NCBI RefSeq assembly: GCF_009914755.1
Contig: NC_060936.1
Direction: 5' to 3' (one strand)
Origin: the human T2T-CHM13v2.0 reference genome, Homo sapiens
Length of the DNA: 64,000 bases
Part shown: piece by piece, positions 28,681 to 43,602 of the stretch
Layout of the letters: each line of letters begins with the position of its first letter
Position numbering within the stretch: position 1 is the first letter of the stretch
Notes under the pieces: generated by a model
What the model was told of the DNA's origin: nothing
What the model saw: only the letters and a program-made list of their open reading frames with translations
Database searches by the model: none
Translations under genes and position numbers: made by a program

Positions 28681-29473
28681 GAAGCAAGTTCTGGTTTGAG
28701 AGAAGCATGGCTTCTAAACATATCAGCATTCCTGCTTCCTCCGTGGAAGACATAGAACATTTATCTCACACTGGCTTTGAATCTCACTGAATTCTCCAGG
28801 GTGGTGATTCAACTGGAATTCCATGCTCATGAGAGATCACAAATGCTACATAAGAATGGCATGGCAAGGAACAGAGGACATACATGTTCTACATATGTCT
28901 TCTGCTTATTCATATGTCACAGTGCCTTATCAAACCACACTTATAAAACACAAGTCAGAAGATAAAATTAAGAATTTCAAGACAATGACAGCAGAATATT
29001 ATTAAACCAAGAGTGTGGCCCTTCTGAACAGAAGGCTCTGTGTAACTGTACTGATCTCTGACCCTGTACACTCAGTTATGAACTATCATATCAGTATTTT
29101 ATTTCTTCGTAGCCCTTATCACTAGCTGATATTGTCTTATTTTTTGTTTATTGTCTGCCTCCCTGAATTTGAATATGAGATCCAAGATAGCAGAGAACAT
29201 TTCTGCTTTATTCACAGATATTTCTGTAGTTCCCTCAACAGTCTGACATGTAATTTAATGTCTGACACATATTAGGGGTTATTAAATATTAGCTGAATGA
29301 CTATATGTCTTTGGACAAATATGAGCCCTTTCTAGTCTCAGTTTTTTATAAGTAAGTAATGTACTTCCAAGCTTATTGAGTTGTTTAGGGGTTTAAAGAG
29401 CTTTGCTTATCATATGTAAATCACAGCACCAGCTCCCAGTAAGTGCACATCAAAACTAATTTTATAATAATTA

Positions 29474-29810
<337 letters not shown>

Positions 29811-30222
29811 TTAAAGCAGGTACTGATGCTGCAGCTGCACCTGTCTAAGGTACATTTGGAAGAAAGATTCATTACAGCACCTACTGTAAGGCAGCCAAAA
29901 AGAGGCAGCCAAAAAGAAGTTACAGCATGCATTAGTGTAACTATCTCACTGGTTTTCTCCCTCTAGGCCATCTACCCTGTGTTTTCTAGTTTCCACATTC
30001 TAATCAGTCATTAAACGTTATTTGACTCTTCCTTTTGGCTGCTAGAAAAAAGATGAAAAGAAAAAGATCTGATTATAATTTTGTATGCAAACAGCTGGCT
30101 TTGGAAAAGCATGCCTAGACAACCATCCCTTCAGAAATATTTTTGGAAAAATCTTTAGAAAGCTAACCCTTAATGCCACCATCAGAAATATCAGTTTTCC
30201 TTCAGTGATTATTTATGAGTGG

Positions 30223-30248
30223 GTGTGTGTGTGTGTGTGTGTGTGTGT
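30223..30248. repeat. (TG)n microsatellite
   Basis: About 13 uninterrupted GT units. Confidence 0.95.
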
Positions 30249-30375
30249 ACATTTTCCCCACTAATAATGAAAAGTATTTACACGCATAGGGCTCTTTCAT
30301 CATGCCAGTGCATGGAGTTAAGTCCAGCAAGTGTTATTTCACTTAATTCTCTCAACAGCCTAGAAGGTGGGTACA

Positions 30376-30376
30376 T

Positions 30377-30415
<39 letters not shown>

Positions 30416-30692
30416 TGACAGGTTCTGGCTTTATCGCCCAGACTAGAGTCCAGTGGCACGATCACAGCTCACTGCAGCCTCAACATCCCAGATTCGGAGA
30501 GCCTCCCACCTCAGCCTCCTAGTAGCTGGGATCACAGGTGTGCACCACCATGCCCAGCTAATTTTTTAAGGTTTTTTAGAGCCGGGTCTTGCCATGTTGC
30601 CCAGGCTGGTCTCAAACTCCTGGGCTCAAACATTCTGCCTGCCTTCACCTCCCGAAGTGCTAGGATTACAGATGGGAGCCTCTGCACCCAGC
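30376..30692 (-). mobile_element. AluJ element with (TTTA)n tail, inside a MIR
   Basis: Reverse J-type dimer. Confidence 0.9.
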
Positions 30693-33436
30693 ATTGGTAG
30701 GATTTTTATTTCCATTTTACGTAAGAGGAACTAGAAGCCTTCCCAATAATCTCTGATAAAATGTTATCTACATTTCAAGCCCAATTCAAAACCACCTCTT
30801 TCTTCAGCCTTTTCCTGAGTTTACTCCTCTCCTGGACCAAATGTATCTTTTCCTTCTGCCAAATCTCCATTGCATCTTGCTTATGTTTTAGTTGTGGTAA
30901 TGATCACTTTCTGACTCAACTAGACTGCAAATTCCTAAAAGGCAGTATTTGTGGAAAACCCAGAAGGGCAGCCAATACTTACTTGTTGAATAAATAAATT
31001 GGTGATTACCAGCAGAAGGGCATGCTATGCTTTGGTTTCCACATAAAGCAAGTTTTCAGTGTAGATAATCTGCTGCCTACTGGTTATAGTTCTCAGATAG
31101 ACTATTTCCAGACCATAATGTCTGATAAAGGTGGCTTTCAAACACTCAGGAAGAAAAGTAGAGCACCACTTGAGTTTCTGTAAACCAGCAAATGTAAGCA
31201 ATGCTGCTGTAATTTTGGAGATAAAAGATATTTTACAATTCTACTCCATCCTACTAATTTTGCAGGTTAGGAAGTTTATTAATTTTGTGAAGAGGAGAAT
31301 TCACCATCACACCAGTTCCACCTACTTCCCAACACACACACCACCACCACCACCACCACTGTAAGTTAATGGTAGAGATAAATTAAAATTCAGGTATCTT
31401 GACTCCCTTTTCTGAGCTCTTTGTCCTTCACTGTTATTTTCACTATCATTGTAGTTTTGGGACTTAGGAAAAAATCTCAGCCTGCACTACAACAAGTGTT
31501 TGCATGTGAAGAATATGTGCTGAAATAATGAGATGATCTTAAATTCTAATAGTAGTAATTTATCTTATAATAAAAGCAGTTTAACATTTTATAAACTCAT
31601 TTTAATGACTCATAACATTACTGAAAAATCAAACTTTTAACTATATGCATATTTTCTCTTTTTATTTTTATTTATTTTGAATAGGGTGTGAGTTATTTCT
31701 GGGTGCGAAGTAAGGGTTTGAGGAAATTTATTTTCCTTCTTTGTATCTTTTCATACTAGTTGAAATTTTTTAAATGATATAAATCACTTCTGAAAAGCAG
31801 TGAAATTCTAAGAAAAAAAAGACAAGAAGCTCAACTTTTATTCATTAAGAATAAAGAATTAGATAAAATTTAGATTTCATCGTTCACATTTAAGATCAGA
31901 GTTTGAAATCTAACTGAATTTAAGGACCTGGACCTGAGTTCCCTGCATAAGGGAAATTCAAAGAATAAAGCCTCCCCTCCAGTGCTTTGGACATTTGTTG
32001 AGTTTGCAGCATATGCATATTGCAGACAGCTTGATTACCCTCAAAGTACTGGCCCAGTTAATTGCATTCAAATGCAAATTACAGCTATTAAGTCATGCTG
32101 GTTCTGAGCCAAAATCTCTAGCCAAATTTGTAAGAGGAGTATGTTTTTTCCTAACTGTGCAGGACCAAACTTGATAGGCAGTTTGGGATAGTCATTCATT
32201 AGAACCTCATTCTTTGTGTGTGTGTGTTTTTTTAAATTTTATTTTAGAGTATTATAGAACTCAATCACTGAAAGATAATTTTATTAGCCATTTTTAAGAG
32301 AGAACATTTCACCATTTACCACCCCCTCATCTTTTATTTATTCATCAATACCACCATTCTTTTCCTCCATCTGTTGATTGGAGTTCCAGCCTTTTTTTTT
32401 TTTTTCCTAACCATTTTCTTTTCTTGTTACCACCACATGGATACTTTTCAAATTCTCATGGTTCTGGACACCCTAAGCCAAAAGATTAATAAAGCCCTGA
32501 ATTTTTCATCCATATTCTCTTTCCATAAACCTCTATCAATTAAAAATACAAAGTTGTCTTTTTAAGTTGGGGATAATATATATTTCACTAACTTCACTGA
32601 ACATGTGCTTAGATTTACCTCCCCTCAAAAAAAAAATTTTTTTTTAAGCTACAGTAGAGTAACAAAGCACTAACATCTAGATACCTAAGTATTCCCTATG
32701 CAGATGCCCATTTGGTAGAATTGATGCTTTTTAAGCAAAAATATGCATGTTACCTTTCTAAGATGCTTTACCTAAATTAAAGTAAAACTCTGCTTTAATC
32801 TCCTTGATTGGTTCTGAGACCAGTTATTTCACAGTAGGCTCTACCAAGGAAGCCTTCCCAGACAAGAGAAACTGATGACATTTGTACTGATTTTATAATG
32901 CTAAGCTACTCCTCTAATTTTTGCAGTAGTGCAAAGTGAAAAACCATTTCTGATAGAAAAATTGTTGTTAAACTGCCTTTTTGGCCCAAATGACTCTTTA
33001 AAGGACTTGTTTCTAAATGTGATGTTAACAATAGGGATTAAAAAAAGATATGGACACAGTAAGATGTTGATGGACAATAAATTAACAACAAGATCATGGC
33101 AGCACCTGAACACACTTGCTTATGCACGCACCACCACCACCACCACAACAACAAAAAGGTGTTTTTTTTTATGTCAATGAGAAGTCAGGGGTGTAGGTAC
33201 AGTGTTCATAGTACAGGATAGTACAGGAATTTAATAGAAAATACAGGAAATGCTTTAAACTTTGTGAGTGGAAGAGTGATAAGATAAAGGCAGGATTTTT
33301 TAAATGTGCAAAGTAAAATAAGATTTTAAAAAGGATTATGAATCTGGTCTAAGTCTATGAGATGTACTGGGGACACTCAGTCAGGTCACCAGGTCATACT
33401 GTCATACTTTTTTAGTTATGACATGGTAAGGCCTGA

Positions 33437-33756
<320 letters not shown>

Positions 33757-34351
33757 TGAACTAGGCATCTTAATAGTGAATATGGTAAAAATGGAGAAGT
33801 AGAACTTATAAATGAAAGACATTCTAAAAGGAAAAATGAACAGGAATTAGCAACACAGGAGAAGAATAATAGGAGGTTAAGGTATTAAACTCCCTGCCAT
33901 TTAAAATGTTCAGTCATAGGCTAGAAAAACACTCCCTGAAGATATCATCAAAAAGATGAAAGCATCAACTAGGAAGGATGAGGGGGAAATGTGAACTAAA
34001 GGGCCTCTTGAAGTCCTGCCAATCGGAGATTACGAATTTATGAGTGGTTTTAAAAAATATTCCTAAATCTAGGCAATTGAGAGAATAATGATATCATTAG
34101 CAGAAACAGGCAAGTTGAGCGGGAAGAAAGGAAAGCTCATCTGATAGGAAACAGAAAGTGTATGGTAGAAAGAACACTTGGGTTGGAAGTAACATGACAA
34201 AAATAAAGGCAGAACAAGAGCATCAAGGCACTAGACGAACCCAAAGGAATGAAGACAGGGAAGGAATCAACGGATCTATCACATCAGCAAAGCTAATTAT
34301 AACTGTGAGAGAGTAGTTTGAATAGGACAGGGGAAAGAAAAGCCAGGTGTC

Positions 34352-34674
34352 TGGCCAGGTGTGGTGGCTCATGCCTGAAATCCCAACACTTTGGGAGGCC
34401 AAGGCAGGCAGATCACTAGGTCAGGAGATCGAGACCAGCCTGGCCAACATGGTGAAACCCCGTCTCTACTAAAAATGCAAAAAAATTATTAGCTGGGCAT
34501 AGTGGCACGTGCCTGTAGTCCCAGCTACTCAGGAGGCTGAGGCAGGAGAATAGCTTGAACCCAGGAGGCAGAGGTTGCAGTGAGCCAAGATTGCACTACT
34601 GCACTCCAGCCTGGGTGACAGAGCGAGGCTCTTGTCTCAAAAAAAAAAAAAAAAAAAAAAAAGAAGAAGAAAAA
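34352..34674 (+). mobile_element. AluS element
   Basis: TSD gaaaagccaggtg. Confidence 0.93.
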
Positions 34675-35136
34675 GAAAAGCCAGGTGCCCAAGGAGCTAA
34701 GAATTGGTGGTAGGAAGGCAAGGAGACAGTTCACAATTTCAGAAAGCTCACTAATGAATGTACAAAAGGGATCAGTCTAAATTCCATTTCCATTTGTAAA
34801 TTACTAAATCAATTTAAGTGTTTTAGCGCATAAACGATCCCATATTTAAAACTACTTTCATCGGCTTGTCTCCATTCTACCCCTTATTTCTTTGGGCAAA
34901 TTCTACACAATCTTGAAAGTATTGTTAGACTCCTCTCTTGCACTTATGCTAGACCAAGGACACCTTTTGGATACTCACACTGTATATGGGCATAATTAAA
35001 GTATTAATTTATTTTAAATTTATTTGTTTAAACATGGCTTCTGCGCTAGATTGTAAACTTTTAAAGTAGATACCATGCCTGATACATTGTACTTACAATT
35101 CCAAATACAATGCATATCATTTGATACTCAGTATCA

Positions 35137-35619
<483 letters not shown>

Positions 35620-35739
35620 CTAAATTTTGAAACTCCCAGGTCTTGTCCAAAGTTCTCTTTCTTTTCCTTTTTACATTTTCTCCCATAGCTCAAATTCAGT
35701 CTATATGGGGGTTACCAGCCATTCATATTTCTATTTAAA

Positions 35740-36400
35740 CAAAAAGCTTAAAAGTAAGAAATAAATATTTAAGAATAGAAAGCTGCTCAAATAAAAACAT
35801 AAAGAAAGAAAAATATTTTTGTATGGCTGTACAATGTGTTTGTGGTTTAAGCTAAATGCTATTACAAAAGAGTCAAAAAGTTCTAAAAAATTAAAACATA
35901 AGGTTAAAAGTTACAATAAGCTAACGTTAATTTACTGAAGAAAAATTTTTATTTACGGTGGCCTAAGCATACAATGTTTATAAAGTCTACAGTATTGTGC
36001 AGTAATGTCCTAGGCCTTCACATTCCCTCACCACCCACTGACTCACCCAGAGCAACTCACTTATAGTCCTGCAAGCTCCATTCATGGTAAGTGCCCTACA
36101 CAAGTGTACCATTTTTTATTTTTTATACCATATTTTTTACTGTATATTTTCTATGTTTAGATGTGTTTAGATACACAAATGCTTACCATTTTGTTACAGT
36201 TGCCTACAGCATTCAGTATAGTAACATGCTATATAAGTTTGTAGCCTAGGAGCAATAAGCTACACTACACAACCTAGATGTGTAGTAGGCTGTATGGTCT
36301 AGGTTTGTGTAAGTACATGCTATAATGTTTGTACAATGACAAAGTCACCTGAAGATGCATTTTTTAGAATGTATCCCCATCATTAAGTGACACATGACTG
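35740..36400 (+). mobile_element. Tigger3b/MER7B-like fragment
   Basis: aatgtcctaggccttcacattc..ctcacc..actgactcacccagagcaac and 3' end catgactg; shares its 3' part with 887-1241. Confidence 0.75.
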
Positions 36401-36451
36401 TGTATACACACACACATACACACACAAGTGTAGGTGTGTACATTAATTTAT

Positions 36452-37094
36452 TATTTTTTTTTGTTTTAAAGACAGGGTCTCACTCTGTCACCCAGGGTGG
36501 AATGTGGAATGCAGTGGCATAGTTACAGCTCATAGCAGCCTCAAATACTTGGGCTCAAGCAATTTTCCCTCCCCAACCTCCTATGTAGTTGGGACTACAT
36601 GTGCACCCCACCATGTCCAGTTAATTTTTTGAAAATTTTTTGTATTGGCTAGGTGCAGTGGCTCATGCTTGTAGTCCCAGTACTTTGGGAGGTTAAGACA
36701 GGTGGATTGCTTAGGCTCAGGAGTTCGAGATCAGCCTGGGCAACATGGCAAAACCCTGTCTCTCCAAACAAACAAACAAAAAAATGGTTGCGTGTGGTGG
36801 TACATGCCTGTAGTCCCAGCTACTCTGCGGGCTGAGGTGAGAAGATGGCTTGATCCTGGGAGCTAAGGCTGCAATGAACAGAGATTGGGCCACTGCACTC
36901 CAGCTTGGGTGACAGAGGAAGATGAAGGAAGGGAGAAGGGAGGAAGGGAAGGAGGGAGGGAGGGACGGGGGGGATGGGGGTGCTGGGTCTCCCTATGATG
37001 CCCAGGCTGGTCTCAAACTCCGGGCCTCAAACAATCCTCCCACCTCATCCTCCCTAAGTGCTGGGATTACAGACATGAATGACTGCACCCAGTC
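36452..37094. mobile_element. Minus-strand AluJ split at its linker by a plus-strand AluJ
   Basis: Reverse right arm 36452-36645, forward Alu 36647-~36920 with G-rich tail to 36980, reverse left arm ~36983-37094. Confidence 0.85.
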
Positions 37095-37099
37095 TTAAC

Positions 37100-37900
37100 T
37101 TATTAAAAAAAAAAAGACTTACAAAAAGTTGTGAAATAGAACACACAGTTCCCATATGCCCAGGTTCCCTTATATAACAATTTATGTAAGTATACCACAA
37201 TTATCAAACCAGAATATTATCATTTGTTTACAAAATGTCCTTGTTCTGTTCCAGGGGACCCAATCTAGGATCCTCCTTTGCATTTAGCTGTCATGTCCTC
37301 TTAGTTTTTTATCTGTGGCTGTTTCTTCGTCTTTCAAGACCTTGGCACTTTTAAGAGTACCGACCATTTATTTTGTGGAAGGTCTGTTAGTTTGAGTTTT
37401 TCTGATGTTTTCTCAAGATTTGTTTGAGGTTATGCATTTTTTTGCAAGAATATCAGAGAAGTGATGTTGTACCCTTCAAAGTGCATCCTATTAAGAGGCA
37501 CATGATGTTCACATGTCTTATCACATCACCAATGATATTAACTTTGATCTCATACCTGAGACGTCTGCCAGGTTTCTCCACTGGAAAATTATTTTTTTGA
37601 TCTGGGCTCATTGAAACATCTCAGGGAAGATATGTTGACAGTATGATAATCTTTTTTCTTATCATACTTTCATCCACTAATTCTAATATTTGTCAATTAT
37701 TTCTTGTCTATAACAATTATTACTGGGATGTTCACCTAATAGTGATTTTCTATTTCCATCATACCTTCTATATTTATTAATTGGTATACTCTTATTCAAA
37801 GAAATAGCTACCCTTTCTCCCTCATTTATTTATTTCTTCCATGATTTATTTATATTAGTATGGGCTCATGGATATTAATTTGTTTTATTGGTTATAAGGC
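37100..37900 (-). mobile_element. Old L1M (L1MC-like) 3' fragment
   Basis: ttctgttccagg...catttagctgtcatgtc...gaagtgatgttgt pattern; boundaries approximate. Confidence 0.65.
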
Positions 37901-38479
37901 ATTAGAAAAGAATAAGAAAGCAAAGAAGGAGGGAAAAGGAGAGTGAAGAAAGACAATGCTAGTCTTTCCTCAGAATATTACTAATATGGTCATATTAGTA
38001 ATATTGTAAACTTAGAAAACTATTCATGAAAAGTATTGTACTATAATAAAATAGAAGTTAGAATTTTAGAAAGAACATAAAACTATGGTAAGTTTTTAAA
38101 TAATACTTACATATTTTGGTTATTCAATATTAAAATATAAAGATAGAAATTTTACTTTTGTAGGACATAAAAAGAACTATTAACTCAAACCTCAAGCTGT
38201 TGCCAAAACTAATGCATTACCTTCCCAGGAAATGCCTGACTCCAGCCTGTCCTATCCTTAATTCATCCTACACATTAGCATCTGTATACCAGAACAACTA
38301 TCAAATTATCTGTGAATTCTTTTTCTATCATCAAGATTTTGGAAATATTTATCTGAGTATTTGGCTTTAAAAAAATGATTTAGTGACTGTATAAAATCGA
38401 AGTACTAGCAGTATTGTTGCACTCCAGCCTGGTGACAGAGCGAGACTCTGTCTCAAAAAAAAAAAAATACTAGTAGTGT

Positions 38480-39334
38480 TGTTAGTAGTGAAAAATCCAC
38501 GAGTCTGCAGCGACCTCAATTCTTGTCTCCTTGGAAGAAAGAATTCAACCGAGGGGTATAAGGCAGAGTGAGAAACCAAAGCAAGTTTTAGAGCAGGAGT
38601 GAAAGTTTATTAAAAAGTTTCAGAGCAGGGCCAGGTGCGGTGGCTCACGCCTGTAATCCTAGCACTTTGGGAGGCCAGGGTGGGTGGATTGCCTGAGTTC
38701 AGGAGTTGAAGATCAGCCTGGGCAACACGGTGAAACCTTGTTTCTACTAAAATACAAAAAAAAAATAAAAGTTTCAGAGCAGGAATAAAAATAAAGTACA
38801 CTTGGAAGAGGGCCAAACCAGTGACTTGAGAGATTCATGTGAATAGTTTGACCATTGACTTGGGGTTTTATACATTGGTATTCTTCTGGGGTCTTCCCTC
38901 ATCTCTTCTCCCTAATTCTTTTTTTGGAGTGGCTGTCCACATGTGCAGTGGGCTGCCAACTCTTGGGAGGGGCCACGTGCGCAGTGTGCTTACTGACGTT
39001 GTGCACATGCTCATTGAGGCGTTTTTCCCTTACCAGTTGAGTGTTCCTATAAGGTCATATGCCAGTTAAACTCTGCCATTTTGCCTCTTAGTGTTTATGC
39101 ATGAGGTCACTCACCCAGCTCCTGAGATCTTATCGGGAAGCTGTGGATTACCAGTTTCAGTTGTTTCTGTCTGTTGGGAGACTGCCTTTCCCTGTTGCTG
39201 GCTGCAAACAATTATTATTTTAGAGGCAGTTTAACCACCACCTGACCATCAGCTGATGGTCACCTGACATTCCTGGTGGGGCGGGTGGTGCTCTCTCCTG
39301 CCTTGCTCGTGTCTGCTTGATTACCTACTATAAT
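38480..39334 (-). mobile_element. MER50-like ERV1 solo LTR containing an Alu left-arm insertion
   Basis: tctgcagcgacctcaattcttg..gaagaaagaattc and cctgacattcctggtgggg...cctgccttgctc match recalled MER50. Confidence 0.8.
38629..38766 (+). mobile_element. Alu left-arm-only insertion
   Basis: 16-bp TSD aaaagtttcagagcag at 38613-38628 and 38767-38782. Confidence 0.9.
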
Positions 39335-39469
39335 GGTGTCATTGCTATATATACATGCATTTCTCTAAAACACTTCCGCAAATATCCATTCCTTACTACT
39401 CCTACTAACTTGATAAGGAATCCATAGAATAGTGTAGTTTCGAAATTGAAATGAAAGTATAGTTTGCAA

Positions 39470-39609
39470 GGCTGGGCGCAGTGGCTCACACCTGTAATCC
39501 CAGCACTTTGGGAGGCCGAGGTGGGTGGATCACAAGGTCAGAAGTTTGAGACCAGCCTGACTAACATGGTGAAACCCCATCTCTAAAAAAAAAAAAAGAA
39601 AAAAAAAAA
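39470..39609 (+). mobile_element. AluSg-like left-arm-only insertion
   Basis: 15-bp TSD gaaagtatagtttgc at 39453-39467 and 39610-39624. Confidence 0.9.
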
Positions 39610-40589
39610 GAAAGTATAGTTTGCTACCTATGCTTCTAAGACACTGTATTTGCCACCTCCATACCTGAAATTTCCATGCTATTTTCACAATTTCCCTATC
39701 CTCATAACAGTTTGAGCCTCCTGTTTAAACTTACCCCCACTTGGATCACTTTCATAATTCTTGTTCTTTATTAAATTCATGTCTCCTCAATGTATTATTT
39801 TTTTCTGTCCTACTTGGCAGTAAACTCCACTCACTTGACTATAACCTCTAGCAAAGTATGGATTCCGCATCCTGTTTTCTACTTGGTGTCCAGTGTTTAC
39901 CATAAAGCAGCAGCACAAAGAGGATGCTCCATAACTGTTTACTGAACAAAAGGATGAATAAATGGCAACATCTTCAAGCCCAAACATTAACTAACATGAA
40001 TATTAGTTAAGGAAACACTAGCTGCTCTTGGAATACAGTTTTATCAATTAAGTGGCAGCACGTTTTACTGCTCATCCAGGGTATGTAGATGTGCCCATAG
40101 GTTTTATTTTGTTCCTGCTTATTTTAAACCTGTGAAGCAGTTCAGAGTAACATACAAAAAAAAAAGGAAAGTTTCACCATACCAAATATCTGTCATATTC
40201 TGGAGTGAGATATTAGACTCAGAAAAAGTCTAAATATAAATAACATAATATAAATAAAATTCTAAATTTAAATATAAATAAAATTCTATGGGTTTACATA
40301 GAAGAGTATGCAAACATGTGAACCATGATGCATTATTATTTTTTATTGCTTGTCACAGCTTCTTATACCCCTCATTAATGCATATTTGATGTTTTTATTT
40401 GGCAACATCATGCATCAATAATGATATTCTCTAATTATTTTAATTTCCTAATTAATCTAAACACCAAATTATTTTGTTTTGTTTTTACTGGTGGGTGGGT
40501 GGAGTGCTTTAAAATGTCATGTCTTGACAGGCTGGGGCCTCCCACCTCCCACCTGGGACTCTAAGCCTGAGATAGAGGCCAAGGCCCGG

Positions 40590-41029
40590 ATGGCAGTGCC
40601 CAGGCCCTGTACGTGAGGTCTCTGGTGCTATCTCCAGAATGTGGCATGCATCAGACGCTGAAGGAGATGGACTTTGAGAGGGAAATCCACTTGGTAACCA
40701 TGAAGAAGAATGGTTACAATGTTCCTTACTCTCCCAGCCACAGTGGGTACTACACTATTTGCCATTCTTGCTGGAAAGTAGAGCCAAGTTACTGGTATTC
40801 CCAAATCCACAAAGTGCTACTGCCTACACCAGGTACATTATGAGAAAGCTTTTGCTTTCTCATAGGCTTAACTTCAAGGTGGCAGATGATGACAAATTCT
40901 CCAGACTGTACAATGTTGCTTTGAAGGGTCAAGAAGACCTTTGTTCTCTCCTTTGAAACTCAGACCAGTCCTAAGGCTGTCTGAGTTGGAAAGGCATGAG
41001 CAACATGTGACCTGATGCCCTGTAATAGT
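40590..41029 (+). pseudogene. ANKRD39: Heavily decayed processed pseudogene of ANKRD39 (ankyrin repeat domain 39)
   Basis: Colinear fragments MAVPRPC, HQTLKEMDFERE, FLLESRAK, KLLLSHRLNFKVADDD, KGQEDLCSLL and CDLMPCNS match recalled ANKRD39 (MATPRPC, QQTLEEMDFERG, FLLESGAK, RLLLSHGSNPRVVDDD, RGHGDICSLL, CDLLPCNS); no introns; stops, frameshifts and an internal deletion. Confidence 0.8.
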
Positions 41030-42870
41030 AACTGAGTAAATGTTTGTGTCTCCTCCACCTCCCCAATTAATACGTTGAAGTCCTAATACCCAGTGTGATA
41101 GTATGAAGGGACAGGGTCCTTGGGAGATAATTAGGGTTAGATGAGGTCATGAGGGTGAGGCCCTCATGATGGGATTAGTGCCTTTGTAAAAAGGGACACT
41201 AGAGAGCTTGCTCTCCCTCTCTCTGTCTCTGTCTCCCTACACATGCACAAAAAGGTATGTAAGGACACAGTGAGAAGGTGGCCATTTGCAAGGCAGAAAG
41301 CAAGCCCTCACCAGGAAATGAATAGGCCAGCACTTTGATCTTGCATTTTCCAGCCTCCAGAATTATGAGAAACAAATTTCCATTGTTTAAAACACCCAAT
41401 CTAAGGTATTTGCTATGGCAGCCCAAGCAGACTAAAACAGATTTAGTTACCAAAAAGTAGGGTACTACTGTAACAAATATCTAAACATATTTGTGCAAGT
41501 GGCTTTGGAACTGCGTACTGGGTAGAGGCTGGAAGAGTTTTGAGGCACATATTAGAAATATGGGCATTAGTGATTCTTGTGTGGTCTCAGATGGAAGTGA
41601 ATAACCTGTTATCAGAACTAGAGGAAAGGCAATCCTTGTTATAAAGTGACAAACACTTGACTAAATTGTGTACTAGTGTTTTGTGGAAGGCAGAACTTGC
41701 TTGCAATGAAACTAGGTATTTAGCTAAGGAGATATATAAGCAAAGTGTTGAACGAGTGGCTTAGTTCTTCCTGACTGCTTATAGTAAAACGTGAATAGAG
41801 AGAGAGGAATTAAAGAAGGAATTGTTACACACAAAAAAACCCAAAACTTGAAGATTTAAGAAGTTCTCAGCTGCCCATATTGCAAAAATAAGAAAGCATA
41901 TTCTGAAAAGCACACCAGAGGTGTTGCTAGACTGTCACTTGTTAAAGAGTTTATGGAATTATACAAAGAGAAACATTGCAAGTTTGAGCTGAAGGGGATT
42001 GAGATGGGATGAAATAAAGGAAGGCTTTTAGACCTCTTGGATTTGATAGGATGGGATGATAGTGCCATTTGGCTGAGAACATGCACTATTCATCAAGAGG
42101 CAACAATGACCCTGAAGGTGATTAAGAGGGTGATCAAGGCCACTACCTTAGTTTTAACCAGCCAAACAGCCTCTGCCTGAAGCTGTTGGGGTGGGACCCT
42201 GACCTGGAACAAAGGAGCAATGCAGCCACCACAGTGTATCCAGAGAGCAGAACATCAAGCAAAAGAGGATTATCCTCAAGCCTTAAGATCTAATGAAATT
42301 TGCCTTACCAGGACTTGGATTTGCTTGGGACCTGTCACTCCTTTCTTTCTTCTGAAATGACCGTTTTTGAATGGAAATGTTTATCTTATGCCTGTTCTAC
42401 CAGGGTATTTTGAAAGCATATAACTTTTTTGATTTTACAAGTTCACAGCTGGAGATGAATTTTGCCTCACTATATATCATAAGTCCAGTTTCACCCATAT
42501 TTTATTTAGATGATATTTAGATGAGACTTTGAACTTTAGAGTAGATGCTGGAATTAGTTAAATCTTTTGAGGCTATTGGGATGGAATGAATGTATTTTGC
42601 ATGGAAGAAAGACATGTATTTTGGGGGACCAAGGATGGAATTTAGGGACTGAATATTTGTGTCCCCCACCCCCAAATTCATATGTTAATGCCCTGACCCC
42701 CAATATGATAATATTTCAAGATGGGACCCTTGGGAGATAATTAGCGTTAGATGAGGTCATGAGTACGTGGCCTTCATAATGAGATTAGTGCCCTTATAAA
42801 AAAAAGGAAGGAAGACCAGCTCTCTCTCTCTCTCTCACTCCCTCTCATTCTCCCTCACTCTCCCTCTCTG
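41030..42870 (+). mobile_element. MLT1A-type MaLR provirus (LTR - internal region - partial LTR)
   Basis: LTR ~41030-41439 ending gactaaaaca, MaLR-int starting gatttagttacc, purine tract, second homologous LTR from ~42640 (shared gggagataattag.gttagatgaggtcatgag). Confidence 0.85.
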
Positions 42871-43304
42871 ATGATAGAAAATATCATCAGGATATTAAAA
42901 TATCCCTATCTTTTAGAAAGAGGTCAGAGGGGAAACCAGAGAGCAGGTTTGAGGGGTGAGGACTGCAAGTGCTAAAGCTTGAACAGATTATCAAACTCCA
43001 AATTATTCATGTGATGATGCCTACTCATTTGGGAGGGAAAGAGGGAGATCCCTCCCTCCATACACAAAAATTAATTTTTAAGGTATAAAATACCCATATA
43101 TAAAAACCAAAACTATGTAAGTATTAGAAGTAACTACAAAATATATGATACAAATCAAAAGTTTTATAAAAGAAAAGCTTGACAAGTTGAGTACATAAAA
43201 GTTTTAAACTGCTACAAAAAAAGACAACTTGAACAAAGTTAAAAATAAGTGACAAAGCAAAAGATTGCTATATATGTATTACAAAGGATTCATATCCAAA
43301 ATAT

Positions 43305-43602
<298 letters not shown>

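Larger units (their letters stand above)
27300..29066 (-). mobile_element. MER45B-like hAT-Tip100 element interrupted by two LTRs
   Basis: Ends resemble recalled MER45 termini (gaccagctac..atttgc..aaaatgaa; ggcccttctga...tgtgtaactgtac...ccctg). Confidence 0.55.

Noticed and set aside
29889-29916. 14-bp tandem duplication aggcagccaaaaag
   Set aside because: Real but an ordinary slippage indel with no functional context
39243-39262. 20-bp perfect palindrome tgaccatcagctgatggtca
   Set aside because: A near-palindrome is already part of the recalled MER50 consensus, so one substitution explains it
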